Notes: generated by a model from the sequence alone, not told the origin. DNA of 48,650 nt from Octopus sinensis (GCF_006345805.1 NW_021834453.1:1-48650); one strand, 5' to 3'. Counted from the stretch's first letter, positions 12,777 to 25,586 are shown. Translations and numbers: made by a program.

Positions 12777-12778
<2 letters not shown>
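12580..12778 (-). mobile_element. R4/Dong-like RLE C-terminal fragment (second, diverged copy)
   Basis: With frameshifts it reads KENTYAELLRNMQILFPDYKF..IIIGALGYVTRCLNT..EKLGFSK..RKLIRRLQ, homologous to ORF 6685-6924. Confidence 0.8.
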
Positions 12779-12810
<32 letters not shown>

Positions 12811-12919
12811 TGTATGTATGTATGTATGTATGTATGTATGTATGTATGTATGTATGTATGTATGCATGTATGTATGTATGTATGTATTTGTACACACACG
12901 CACATACATGCATGTAGGC

Positions 12920-13160
12920 TCAAAATGGACGAATGGCCACGGAATTCAAATCGCAGCCATTTGTATCAGAGGAACGATGTGATAACAAAACCAGAATACG
13001 GTCTTTGTCGGATTACAATAGACGCATGTACCTCGAATTCAAGCAGGTGTGAGCGGTTTTTCAGCAGCTCTTTGCTCGACTGTTTGGGACGAGTGGCGGG
13101 CTGGGTCGCAGAATGGATTTCAGTGCATACCTCGACAGCCTGCTGCGACTCTCAGCAACA
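12920..13160 (+). mobile_element. Internal ORF2 fragment of the L1/Tx1 family found at 15510-21942
   Basis: LFGTSGGLGRRMDFSAYLDSLLRLS versus MFGTSGGQERRVDFSAYLHSLPRLS at 19338-19412. Confidence 0.8.
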
Positions 13161-13299
13161 GTTCGATTCCACCGCTCGGCATCTTGAGCAAATACTATTT
13201 TCTATAACCTTGGATCAGCTAATGGCTTAAGAGGCTAAATTGAATTGACAGACATCGTATAACCATCCTTTGGGTAAATAGGACCTGTGATTCAAACGA

Positions 13300-13614
13300 T
13301 ACAGCATGATACTTACTTTCTTCTGAAACCTGATAGTTATTTTATCGGTCTGTTTTTGCCGAACCGCTAATTCACGAGGACGTAAACACACCAACACCAG
13401 TTTTCAAGCCGTGTATGGGGGAGATAAACACAGATACAAAGACACACACACACACAAGCACGCAACATACAAGCGCGCGCACACACACAGACAAAAATAT
13501 ATATACACACGACGGTCTTCTTTCAGTTTCCATTTACCAAATGAGGCTTTGGTCGGGCCGAGGGTATAGTAGAAGACAGTTGCCCAAGGTGTCACGCAGT
13601 GGAAGCAAGCATCT

Positions 13615-13620
<6 letters not shown>
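13300..13620 (-). mobile_element. OK-like SINE, partial
   Basis: Reverse-complement body (GTAAACACACCAACACC) and head (GCTTTGGTCGGGCCGAGG..TAGTAGAAGACA). Confidence 0.8.
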
Positions 13621-13668
<48 letters not shown>

Positions 13669-14019
13669 ACGCACACACACACTCACGCACACACACACAC
13701 ACACACTCACGCACACACACACACACACATACACACATATACACAAACACACACACACACACACTCACACGCACATGGGTTTTGTCCTCCTTTCTTCTAA
13801 GTATTATTTGGCAAAGAATATGTATTATATGAACATTTTCGATGGTATTTGGAATTGGCAGAATTAGTGTTGCCAAAATATTTTGAAATCCTCAGTCATT
13901 GTTCTGCGAGCAGAATAAGATTTTTGAACTTAACAACTATTCCAGTATTTAAAAGATAGTGCCTGACATTTTGACAATAAGATTCTTAGATTCTTCATAC
14001 TCATTTCGAACCTCCGCCT

Positions 14020-14031
14020 TCATTTTGTCTC

Positions 14032-14063
<32 letters not shown>

Positions 14064-14440
14064 TTTTTTCTTTACTTTTCTTTGTTTCATTCATTTATTC
14101 ATTTATTCATTCATTCTTTCTTTCATTCTTCCTTCCTTCCTTTCTTCCTTTCTTCCTTCCTTTCTTTCTTTCTCTCTCTTTTCTTTCCTTCTTTCACTTT
14201 CTTTCTTTCTTTCTTTCTTTTTTGTTTCCTTTTTCCCTCTTGTCTCTTTCCTTCTTTCTTTGTCTTTCTTTCTTTCTTTTTTGTTCTTTGATTTTTCTTT
14301 CTTTCTTTGTTTTTCTTTGTTTCCTGTCTTTTTTCGTTCTTTTTAAGTTTTTCTTTGCTTATTTTTTGTTTGTTTGTTTCTTCCTTCCTTTCTTTACTTA
14401 TTCATACTCTTTTATTTATTTTTATTTATTTATTTATTCC
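14020..14440. repeat. Pyrimidine-rich (CTTT/TTC)n low-complexity tract
   Basis: Directly visible. Confidence 0.9.
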
Positions 14441-14499
14441 ATCTTTGCTGATGTTAAACTAAATCTTTTATTTCAGATAATTTCTCACTCACAAACTCA

Positions 14500-15000
14500 C
14501 AGATATCATCATCATCATCATCATCTGCAACAACAGCATTAGTAGCAACACTAGTAGGGGCAGTAAAACGTCCTCTTATATCCACCCCACCACCACCACC
14601 AGCACCAGCACCACCACAACCACCACCACAAATAAGCCCCCCTCACCACTAGCACAAACACCACCACCAACACAAACACCATCACCACCACCAGCACCAC
14701 CAGCACCAGCACCACCACCAGCACCACTACCTCCAGCAGCACCACCAGCAGCACCACCACCACCAGCACCGCCGCCACCACCACCACCACCACCACCACC
14801 ACCACCACCACCACCACCACCACCACCAGTACCAGGAGCAGCAGCAGCAACCACAGCATCATCTCCGCTGGCATCAAGACCACTACCAGCACTTCTAGCA
14901 GCAGCAGCAGCAGCCCCCCCCACCACCACCACCATTGCACCTCACAACCACCACTACCACCACTACCACGACGACAACCACCACCTCCACCAATAATGAT
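14500..15000. repeat. (CAC)n/(CAG)n cryptic trinucleotide array
   Basis: Directly visible; source of the poly-Gly/Val/Ala ORFs. Confidence 0.9.
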
Positions 15001-15409
15001 AACACATCGTTTTCTATAGACTCCACTGAGTCTCAATATCTAAACAATTTATGTTTGACTTTGCAAAAAAGTGCTTCTTTTTCTCTTTTTCTTTGCTGAT
15101 GGGGAAACAACAACAACAACAATAACAACAACACCAACAACAACCGTAACATACAACACCAATCTCTTATCGGTTCCATATTGGCCGTTACCAGGCAACC
15201 ATACATCTCACCCTCAATCTCAATCAATTTCATGCATTTGCCCTTTTCTTTTGCCTTTTCCAAATCAGCCCTTACACACACACGCACAAACACACACACA
15301 AACACACACACACACATTGCTCTGTTTCGTCGGTCTTCTTCCTCTTTATCTTTGTGTTGTGTGTGTGCCACTTTTAACTCACCCTACCGAATTTCTTTTC
15401 TTTCGACCA

Positions 15410-15509
<100 letters not shown>

Positions 15510-15738
15510 CTATTCCTCTCACAATGGACGGGCGCTAGTCATATCGGCTCCACGTAAGTTGGCCACTTTTACATGTTTAAAACTCCTTGTTGTCAAATAT
15601 TTTGTTTTAATCGTTGTGCAAGTTCATTCACTAAAAAACCTGAGAATTATTCACGTAGAATTCCGCCCCTGTATGGGCGAAATTACAAAAAAACTTTCAA
15701 AACTTTCGTGGGTTTTTTAGCCATTTTTCATTTTGAAA

Positions 15739-18124
15739 ATGGCAACTAGAAACCACGTGGCTAGCCCGCCAGTCATGCAGAACGGTAGCAAAACACTATT
15801 GCTACCACTAGCTGCTAAACATCGCAGCGTGAACACCGCTGTCACCACCATCACCACCACCAACAACAACAACAACAAAACTAACGTCGCATTCACCATC
15901 GCCGCGACCAAAGACATTAACTTAGATTTCCCCTCACTCCCCACACCACTGTTGACGATAAAGGGACAGAGAAGGGATTTCAAAAATGAATACAAACGAA
16001 AACATGAATGCCAGCACCACCACCATCACCACCAACAACAACAACAACACGAAATTGGCACAAAGCCGCCTACCAAAGACAACACCGCCAACACCACACC
16101 ACTACTACGACGTCAAATGCTACATCCAAGCCTTCTGCTGCTAATACCGCCAACACCAACACCACTACTACGACGTCAAATGCTACATCCAAGCCTTGCT
16201 GCTAATAACCCCCAACACCAACACCACTACCATGACTTCCCCTGCCACAATCAACACTTCTACTGCCAAATTCAAAACGAATTTGCGGACGTAACAAAAC
16301 AAAAAAGAACAATTGTAACATTCACCACAAGAGATAAACCGCACAAGGCACTCTTCTCCAAAGAAGGAGACAAATTGCACCTTCACCATTCCACAACACA
16401 TCGTGGAAACACAAAAAAAAAACAATAATTTATAAAGTAATAAACAAAAAAACAAGAAGAACAGAAAATGCACCGCAGGAAAAAATCGAAAAATGCCTTC
16501 GTCCTGCATGGGACTCCAAGGAAATATCAGTTGGGGAAACAAATTTGGTACAGTCCAAGTACGTTTCCTCAACGAAAGTTTAGCAAAGCGTTTTTCCACA
16601 TTGGAGCTACATTCGACGACTTGGTAATGATACCAGTCTATTTAAACAAAGGGTCACGAAAGTCCAAATAAAAAACATACCATTTGAAGTCGAAACACAA
16701 TGGTTGGTCTCTGCCATCTGCTTTGAAATGACAGGGACAATGTCAGAGACAAACATCCTGGAAATCGCGATTCTAGGAGAGAAAGACTATGTGGGCAAAT
16801 CAATCGAATTCCTGCTTCAATTGGATGAAGCAGCAAGGAGAGAGAGATACCACCGCTATAGAACTGCCAGGAGGCTACAAACTCTATATAGTGGTAGAGG
16901 GCAGGCGACCACGCTGCTATTTGTGTGGAAGCGAAACACACTTGAAAAAGACGTGCCCAACCACTGCACACCAAGAGTAACAACAACAACCACTACCACA
17001 ACCAAAGCACTCCGGAAAAAAAGCTCTACTACCCACACCACCATCAACACAGAAGACGACAAGAGAAGCACACCAAGCTAATCCGTCATCAACCAAAAAC
17101 CACTCAACACCTGAAAAAATACCAACACCAACAACAGCAAAACCCAAAGGAACAGAAAAAAAAAGAAAACACACACAAACTGATCCCCCATCCCTTATAC
17201 CGCACTCAACACACACAAACACTCAACAACCAACAACAACGAAAACAACCACTTACACAGACATACATAGAAGCCCACAACATACCCCTACCCCCTACTG
17301 ATTCCTCAGAATTTTCGTCGGAAGACGAAACCAGTGAGGAATGGCAAATAGCTACAAAAAGAAGGAAAATAAAGAGCAGAAACACAACCAAACCAAATGC
17401 AAACACGAACAAAGCAGGGGGAAATACATCTCACGAAGACATTTCAAAACCCAACGCAAACAACAGCCACACCAACACCACAAAAATATATACAGCAAAC
17501 ATGCTCACAGCTATAGACACCGTGAGGGCGCGTGGCTTAGTGGTTAGGGCATTCGGCTCATGATCGTAAGGTTGTGAGTTCGATTCCCGGCGACGCGTTG
17601 TGTCCTTGAGCAAGACACTTTATTTCACGTTGCTCCAGTCCACTCAGCTGGCAAAAATGAGTTGTACTTGTACTTCAAAGGGTCAGCCTTGTCACTCTCT
17701 GTGTCACGCTGATTTTCCCCGAGAACTACGTTAAGGGTACACGTGTCTGTGGAATGCTCAGCCATTTGCACGTTAATTTCACGAGCAAGCTGTTCCGTTG
17801 ATCGTATCAGCTGGGACCCTCGTCGTCGTAACCGGCGGAGTCTTACTTACTATAGACACCAAAAACACAAATTTGATGGAATACATCCAATCAAAAACAA
17901 ACATAACAGAAGATGACATAAAAACAAACAATCACCCATACACAACACCACCAGACCACATCAAAATATTACACATCTCCAAAAGTCTGCACCACACACT
18001 CAAAGGCATTTTCCCCAGCGCGGTTGGTAAATGCCAAAAATATCTCACAAAGAAACTGTACTGGGATCTCCTCGAGGACAAACCAAAGGAGGAGAAAGCA
18101 AAAACTTTCGAGAGCAGTAAGTAA
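15739..18124 (+). pseudogene. LINE ORF1 (gag-like, zinc knuckle), frameshifted and split by a SINE
   Basis: ATG at 15739; VVEGRRPRCYLCGSETHLKKTC (CX2CX4HX4C, 16915-16956); premature TAA at 16978; acidic then basic segment SSEDETSEEWQIATKRRKIK; stop at 18122-18124. Confidence 0.75.
17522..17849 (+). mobile_element. tRNA + CORE-like SINE (OR-type) with 11-bp TSD
   Basis: A-box TGGCTTAGTGG, B-box GTTCGATTCC, CORE-like GTGTCCTTGAGCAAGACACTT; TSD CTATAGACACC at 17511-17521 and 17850-17860. Confidence 0.92.
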
Positions 18125-18164
18125 CCCTCTGTTCCTTTCACTTGTATTCTAATTCATTAGGACT

Positions 18165-21100
18165 ATGATCAAGATTGGTTGTGTAAATGCGCGTGGCTTG
18201 GGGTCCCCTTGGAAACAAGGGTACCTCTTAAATGACATAAAGTCACATAAGTTAGAAATCATAGCCATAAGTGAGACCAGACTCCACAATCCGCGGGCCC
18301 TAAAGACCATGTTTAGCGGACAGTTCAACATTTATTTTTCCCCCTGTCTGCCGAGAATGGCGGTAGTGGCACCGCGGTACTTTTTCACAAGAGTCTGGAT
18401 CTCAAAGTAAGGACAATATTCGTAGACCGGAGGGTAGACTGTCGTCCTGGATGTCGACGGCAGCAATGGGTGCGCTTTTCGACTCGTATCAGTCTACGCA
18501 CGCCCTTAACAGGTCGCGGCGGATTTCTTTCAACGTCTAGAAGTATTCTTGGGAACGTCGTCCTTTACTCTTAGTGGGGGATTGGAATGCTACCTTGGAC
18601 ACGCATGTAGACTACGTGGGTAGAGATAGGAATAGACGGGATGCAAATGCCTCAGAGACCTGCTCAGACGCTTTCAACTGTCTGACAGGTTCCGACTAGA
18701 CCACCCGAATGCGCCAACGTGGACATGGAGCAACCGCATCGGGTCGTCGAGATCGTATCTAGATAGGATTCTGTGTAGGACAGTAGACAGAGATAGCATA
18801 GGATGTCCACAATTCCACATAGTCAGCTACACGGATCACAAACTTGTGACATGTACGCTAGACTTAGGTAAGACACTTAGGCAGGGTCCCGGATACTGGA
18901 AACTAAACGCGTCTTTCCCATCGAGATAGGTTTTCAGAGACCGGATTAGCACACTAGTAAAGAGGGCTTTGACGGGAGCCATCATCAACAACAAATGGTG
19001 GTTTGCCCTCAAGAGAGCAGTAAAAGCAGAAGCGATTAGGTACAGCAAAGCACTAGCCATAGATAGAAATAGAGTTGAGGGTGAGCTAGTTAAGAAGCTA
19101 GAAGAGGCAATTAGAAGCGGCATCGCATCCGACGTTTTGGCGGCGAGGTTGGCCCTCGACCAACACTTCAACGCCAAACACGAAGGATGTGCTGTCAGAG
19201 CTAGGATGCGTGCTCTAAGGAACGAAGGTGTTGGAGCCGCGAGAGAGGCCCGGGTGGCAGAGGCGCAACAGGGCAACAAAGCCACCATTCGGTCCCTGGT
19301 AGATGAACAGGGGCGCGAATTGCTCGAGCCAAGTAAAATGTTCGGAACGAGTGGAGGGCAAGAACGTAGGGTGGACTTCAGTGCCTACCTACATAGCCTA
19401 CCACGACTCTCGACAAGAAAGGCAGGGTGCTGCGAAGGTGCCATCACGGCGGCGGAAGTGCAGGAAGTGATGGCAGAATGCTCGGGGGACAAATCACCGG
19501 GTTTGGATGGTCTACCCTACGAGCTTTACAATTGTATGCCAGACTTGTTTGGAGATCTCTTGGCGGCGGTGTACTGCAACTGGCAGCAAAACGGGAGCAT
19601 TCCTGGTTTTGTGAGCCGAGGAGCCGTAACACTGCTGAAGAAAGATCTAAACAAGGGAAATGTAATAGATAACTTTAGGCCCATCACTCTGCTTAATGCA
19701 GACTTGAAAATTTTGGCCAAGGTGCTAGCCAAGAGGTTGCGCTTGTCATCGAAACTGGTCGACAGGGCGCAACATGCGCCGTGCCAGGCCGGACCATCCA
19801 TGACAACCTCCACCTGATGCGCTACATCATAGACAGGGTAGTTAACGAACCTGGCATGGGTGGGGCGCTGATCAATTTGGATCAATCGAAAGCTTTCGAT
19901 AGGGTGGACCATCGATACTTGGAGGCGGTCCTCGGAGCGGCTGGCTTCGGTCCCGTCTTCCGCGGCTGGATAGCCGCTTTGTACAGAGGCATCCGTTCGG
20001 TAATTCGCGTGAATGGACATCTATCGAGACCCTTCGACATCGCACGTTCGGTCCGTCAGGGATGCCCCCTCTCGGCGCTTCTATACGTATTGACTCTCGA
20101 GCCATTATTGCGGAAGCTGGCAACCTTGAGAGGCATCCCGCGAGAACTGGATGATGCGGGACGAGCGTGTCTGCATACGCGGACGACGTCACCGTCATAG
20201 TGTCTAGCCACGAGCACATCGAGCAGGTCGGCGAGACACTGAAAAACTAGGAAGCGGTGACAGGAGCGAAAATCAACCGGGAAAAGTCAGTGGGCTTGCG
20301 ACTAGGCACCTGAGAAGCAAGCCCATGCCATCCACCAGCGCCTCCGTCGTGGGACGCTGGACCGACGGCCCGGTTGAGTTGCTCGGGTTCTGGTTTGGTC
20401 CGGACCTCCAAGTGGAGAAGAACTGGAACGAGATAACGAGTAGGGTGGTCACTCTCGCCCGGCAATGGGCCGAGAGGAACTGTCCCTAAAAGGTCGGGCG
20501 GAGGTGGCGAACACGTACATCGCGTCCGTCATCTACTACCGCCTGACCGTCGTACCTTGTCCCGACCCTACCATCACCAAACTACAACGCATTCTCTTCG
20601 CTTCTTGTGGAAAGGATGCGTCCCGATGGTCAGGCGATCCATTTGCTGTCAACACCCGTTAAAAGGAGGGCTGGGCATGCCGTGGTTGATGATGCGCAGA
20701 CACGCGCTGAGACTGCGACATCTCTGGCTCTATGTAGACGACGGTGAACAGGTGTGGTCGCCGTTTGTGAGGCACGCTTTCCCGCAGCTCGTCTCCATGA
20801 CCGAACTGCAGTCGTGGATCAAAAAGAGGCCGAAGAAAGGCGAATGGCACCGCGAGTGTCGCGTTGCTCTCAAGCAACTCTGCCGTCCTGGGTCGACCTT
20901 GAGTGACTTCAACACAACCAAAGCATTCTATAGGGGTTTAGTGGAGGGGAGGTACGACGACGAGCTCGGGGCGAACCTGGACGTCGACGAGGAGTACCTG
21001 ACCCGCCTGTTCAGGACGACTTTCGGGCCAGGGCCCATGGACAACTTCCAGAGATCCCTGGCCTGGCAGTGCTACCGAGAAGCGCTACCCGTTCGGGATA

Positions 21101-21557
21101 AGCTCTACAGACACGGCTCGAGAAACAAGGGGCCGACCTGCCCGAGATGCGGTCAGAGCGCGACGAAACCGTTCTGCACGCACTCGTGCAGTGTCCAACA
21201 ATTTCCGACCTGTGGGCTTATGTCGAACAACTGCTGTCACGTGTGGGACGGTCGGTTTATCAGCTGAGTCTATCGTTAATATTGTCACGCCTCCCTCCTT
21301 CAAACGGGAAGGAAGAGCTATTTTCATCATCCTTGTGGCTGGCGAAAGAATGTATCTGGTGGACGCGTCTGAAAGGATTGGAGACAAACACTTTCCTCTC
21401 TGGTCAATCTCTCATCAACTTCTTCAAGTACCACTTGAAAAGGAAAGTGAGAGTAGAGAGGCAAGTTTTGTCTAGCGAATGTTTTAAAAAAAGATGGGTG
21501 AATGTAGCAAGAATGGCACGTATGAATGACGAAGCCACCTTGAGCATGATCCTATGA
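18165..21557 (+). pseudogene. LINE ORF2: APE endonuclease, reverse transcriptase and C-terminal CCHC; inactivated
   Basis: NARGL, ISETR, GDWNA, YLDRI, TDHK, GYWKLN, SPGLDG, FRPITLLN, DQSKAFDRVDH, QGCPLS, YADD (20176-20187), CPRC..H....C (21139-21194); several stops and frameshifts. Confidence 0.93.
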
Positions 21558-21942
21558 ACCAGAAATTGAAAACAGAGAGTTGCTTATTTGCAAAAAAAAA
21601 AAAAAAAGAAATAACATGTGACTCCATTGACCGAGGTTACCGTGGTCTTTTCCGTAGGCTTTTCTTTCCATGGGTAAACCTCACCTGTCCTCCCCTTTAC
21701 ACTTCATATTGACATTTCTGTGATAACGATCCCTATTGATCAATTTTTTTTTTTTTTCTTTTTTCTTCTTCCTCTCCCCCCTTTTTTTAACCCCCCTTTT
21801 TTTGTCCTCTTTCTCTCCTTTTACGATCCCTTTTGATCGAAACTCCCCCTTCCTTTTTTTTTTTTTTAAACCTTCAAAAGAAAAGCTCTACCTTGTAATT
21901 TGTTCTATCTGTGTGCAGCCCTGTGTGGCTAATAAAGAAACA

Positions 21943-21976
<34 letters not shown>

Positions 21977-21990
21977 GCTAGCTAGCTAGC
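21943..21990. repeat. (TATC)n then (TAGC)n abutting the 3' end of the L1/Tx1 element
   Basis: About 8 TATC units, in the same orientation as 15411-15508. Confidence 0.95.
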
Positions 21991-22066
21991 CATTCGTCTG
22001 TTTGTCTGTCTGTCTATCTGCCTGTCAGTCTTTATTGTTCGCCCGTCTGTCAGTGTGTCTGTGTCC

Positions 22067-22110
<44 letters not shown>

Positions 22111-22400
22111 CTGTCTCTCCGTCTTTCTGTCTTTTTGTCCATGTGTCTGACCGTGGTATTTGTTTAGGCGTAAATTGTGGAAACTGCAACTTTCATACGT
22201 TTAAAGTTTCAAAAATATGTTTTATGCTTAGCTGAGAAATACAACATACACAGCATAACTATGGAAGGGTTCGAGATACGAACAGGAAATTAGACATCGT
22301 ATCCAAATGCAGACACAAATATAATCATTTCATGAGGTATACCTATATGCAACTAGTATAATATCCTATAAGTCAAAAGTCGGTAATATAATATTATTCG

Positions 22401-22619
22401 TAAGGTGACGAGCTGACAGAAACGTTAGCACGCCGGACAAATTGTTTAGCGGTATATCGTCTGTCTTTATGTTCTGAGTTCAAAATTCCGCCGAGGTCGA
22501 CTTTGCCTTTCATCCTTTCGGGGTCGATAAATTAAGTAGCAGTTGCGTACTGGTGTCGATCTAATCGACTAGCTCCCTCCCCAATAATTTCGGGCCTTTT
22601 GCCTAGAGTAGAAAATATA
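22401..22619 (+). mobile_element. tRNA-derived SINE with Nin/Deu-like core
   Basis: Same family as 9280; near-TSD AATATTATTCG / AATATCATTCG (10/11). Confidence 0.88.
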
Positions 22620-22925
22620 AATATCATTCGGGTTCCATACATAGATGTCAAACCGGGTGACAATGAACTAAGTATCTCTCCTCACAGGGACTGTGGATGC
22701 TAGCAGAATCCGTAGAGTACTCTTAAATATAATTGGAGCTCTACATGTTGTCGCAGGCAGAGATGCGATAACTAATGCAGTTTGTTATGCATATTTCACT
22801 AATTTCTATCGATGTAAAATTTTTCGACATCTCGTGAAGCAAAAGGGTGAAACGCAGGCTAGCATCGGGCAGAAGCCTCATGACGATTACGCACGCACAC
22901 ACACGCACGCGCAAACACACACACA

Positions 22926-22972
<47 letters not shown>

Positions 22973-23119
22973 TACGAGTGAGTGGACAAACGAAAGAAAA
23001 AGGCACTCAGCACATTTAGGAGGTGTTACGTGCATTATATAAAAGAGTTTGATTGGATTCCATGCAACTTAAAGTTTCACGGGCATCTAACAGAAACCTA
23101 GTCTCTTTCAGGCTTAGAT

Positions 23120-23168
<49 letters not shown>

Positions 23169-23304
23169 TATATATATGTATGTGGTGGGTGGTAGGGTGG
23201 GTAGAGTAAGAGAAAGAAATAAAGAAAGCAGAAGAGAAAGATATCTGAAGTTATTATTTTCGTGCATCGGTGATCAATGAAGTCTCTGGCTTCAACCATA
23301 CACC

Positions 23305-23321
23305 ATTTCAACAACAACAAC

Positions 23322-23380
<59 letters not shown>

Positions 23381-23395
23381 GCAGCAGCAACACAC
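23305..23395. repeat. (CAA)n microsatellite
   Basis: Directly visible. Confidence 0.95.
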
Positions 23396-24130
23396 ACACG
23401 CACGCACGTACAAACAAATAAACAAACATATGCACACAAATGTAAAAGTGAGTAAAAAATTTTATTGAGATAGTATCTTTCCTTATCAGTTCTCTATGTG
23501 TAATTTGAAGCAGTCATATTCTTCAATAGAACAGCGTCTTGAATTCTCTGTTTCATCTGTCTAATGACGTAATAATACGGGGATTATTCGTCAAATAGAA
23601 GCATGTGTACACTGATAGTGTTCAACACCTGATTAAAAATTATTTAGGGTCGTGAATATTTCTTTAATACATTCATATAAAGGAATTATACATATATTTA
23701 AGTTACGGCGTCTTTCCGGGACATCACGATGTTTCTGCGACCTCTCAGTTCTTCAGCCAGTGTTGCTTGAGAAAAGTGCTTATGTAGCCTTCATATAACT
23801 AGCAATTAGCCAAAAAGTATTTAGAGTAAAGCTACTGGGATGTACAAAATAACAAAAAAAAAACCCCCAAAAAACCCGAAATGGGTTCGTTTATATGCAA
23901 ACCAAAAACACATCACTTTTGAGGTAGTGAAAATATTTCTAAAACTTTTCTTTTCATCTATGAGGGATTAATGTGGTAACTAGACACATATGAGCCTTGC
24001 ACAGTAGGTCTTATATTGTATAATCGTGGCATTATTCAGTGGGAGTACTCTTCAGTAACTGAACATTAGTTGATCAAAGTCGATTTGAAATAAGCAATAT
24101 GTGAGTGTGTGCGTGCACACAATTCTGTGA

Positions 24131-24358
24131 AAGGCGGCGAGCTGGCAGAATCATTAGCACGTAGGATAAAATGCTAGGCATTGTTTCTTCCAGCACTTTA
24201 AGTTTTGAGTTCAAATTTCGCTGAAGTCGACTTTTTCTTTCTTTCTTTCTTTCTTTCCAGGTCGAATAAAATAAAGTAGCAGTCGAATACTGATTCGAGG
24301 TAATTGGCTTCCCTCACCTCGCAAAAGTGTTGGCCTTGTGCCCAAATTAGAAAAAATG
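24131..24358 (+). mobile_element. Degenerate Nin/Deu-like SINE
   Basis: Head AAGGCGGCGAGCTGGCAGAA and GAGTTCAAATT; tail GGCCTTGTGCCCAAATTAGAAAA. Confidence 0.8.
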
Positions 24359-24984
24359 TATATGTGTGTGTGTGTGCTTATATATACATACACACCACAC
24401 ACACATGTATACATATATAATATATCCATATATATGTATATATATATATATGTATCTATAGATAGAGTATATGCACGTATATATATATGTGTGTGTGTGT
24501 GTTTGTGCACATATGTATGTATATGTGAAGTATACTATGACGGCGCTCACTCATAGTGATTGTGAAGCCTGAAAGACTGACGTAGCAGTTGCCTACTATT
24601 TATATTGTCACAAAACGCTTGGTAAAGGGAAATAACTCAAGTGGATCAATGGCATGAATTTAGATTATTCAGATAGGTGGTAATATACTGAATATTTCAG
24701 GTTAGTCAGTGTTCTGTAAGGTGTAGCAATACAGCGACAACTGTTACCCGTGATGATGTACTACTGAGAATGTGTGCCTGGATAGTCAGCGTTCTGTACG
24801 CTATGACATTTTAGCGACAGCAGTTACCGTGTTGCTCAGTGGTGTCTGTGGTGTGCTCAGCCACTTACATGTTAATTCAGGAGCAAGTAACTCAGTTGAT
24901 CAAGCGACTGAATCGTCGTCGTCGAACAACGGAGATCCACAGCTATTTTAACGCTAAGCACACATGATTCAAGCCTTCGCCTAT

Positions 24985-25420
24985 TTCGTTTTTCTTTTAT
25001 CTTCTACTTGTTGTTTCAGTCATTGAATTGCAGCCAAGCTGGGTCATGACCTTGAAGAATTTTAGCCAAACAAAGAAGAATCGACTCCAGTATTTATTTT
25101 TTGCCGAGCCGCTAAGTTAAGGGGACGTAAACATACCAACACCGACTGTCAAGCGATGGTGGACAATAAACAGACGCAAAGACACACATACACACAAACA
25201 CAAGCGTACACACACACACACATACACATACACACACACACACGCACACGCACACACATATATGATGAGCTTCTTTCAATTTCCATGTACCTATCCACTC
25301 ACAAGGTTTTGGTTGGCCAAAGGCTATAAGCTATAGTAGAAGACACTTGCTCAAGGTGCCACGCACTGGGAATGAACCCAAGGTCACATGGTTGGGAAGC
25401 AAGGTTCTTAACCCTACAGC
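24985..25420 (-). mobile_element. OK-like SINE
   Basis: Reverse-complement head, body and tail with an internal (CA)n. Confidence 0.85.
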
Positions 25421-25586
25421 CTTCTTGTCTATTTTTGTATTTTCTAATACTGAGAACAATGCTTCTCATTAAAATATTGACGAAGAACTTCTGAAAGTAT
25501 TTTAAGAACAGCGACATATTTGGGAATACAGCTCTACATACCAGAAGTTCACAGTCTGAATGCTTATTCACTGCATTCTTACGTTT

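Larger units (their letters stand above)
15510..21942 (+). mobile_element. Near-full-length L1/Tx1-type LINE, degenerate, with a nested SINE
   Basis: ~230-bp 5'UTR, ORF1 with CCHC, 40-bp spacer, ORF2 APE-RT-CCHC, pyrimidine-rich 3'UTR and AATAAA at 21931-21936. Confidence 0.92.

Noticed and set aside
14551-15036. Poly-Gly/Ala/Val ORFs resembling structural proteins
   Set aside because: Products of a (CAC/CAG)n array; no signal peptide or exon boundaries.
18165-21557. Horizontal transfer suggested by the GC/CpG-rich ORF2
   Set aside because: Composition alone is insufficient; weak TE methylation in molluscs could preserve CpG. A phylogeny would be needed.
22680-23019. Acceptor-like CTCTCCTCACAG followed by a 108-aa ORF
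   Set aside because: No convincing donor, no recognisable domain, and the ORF runs into (CA)n.
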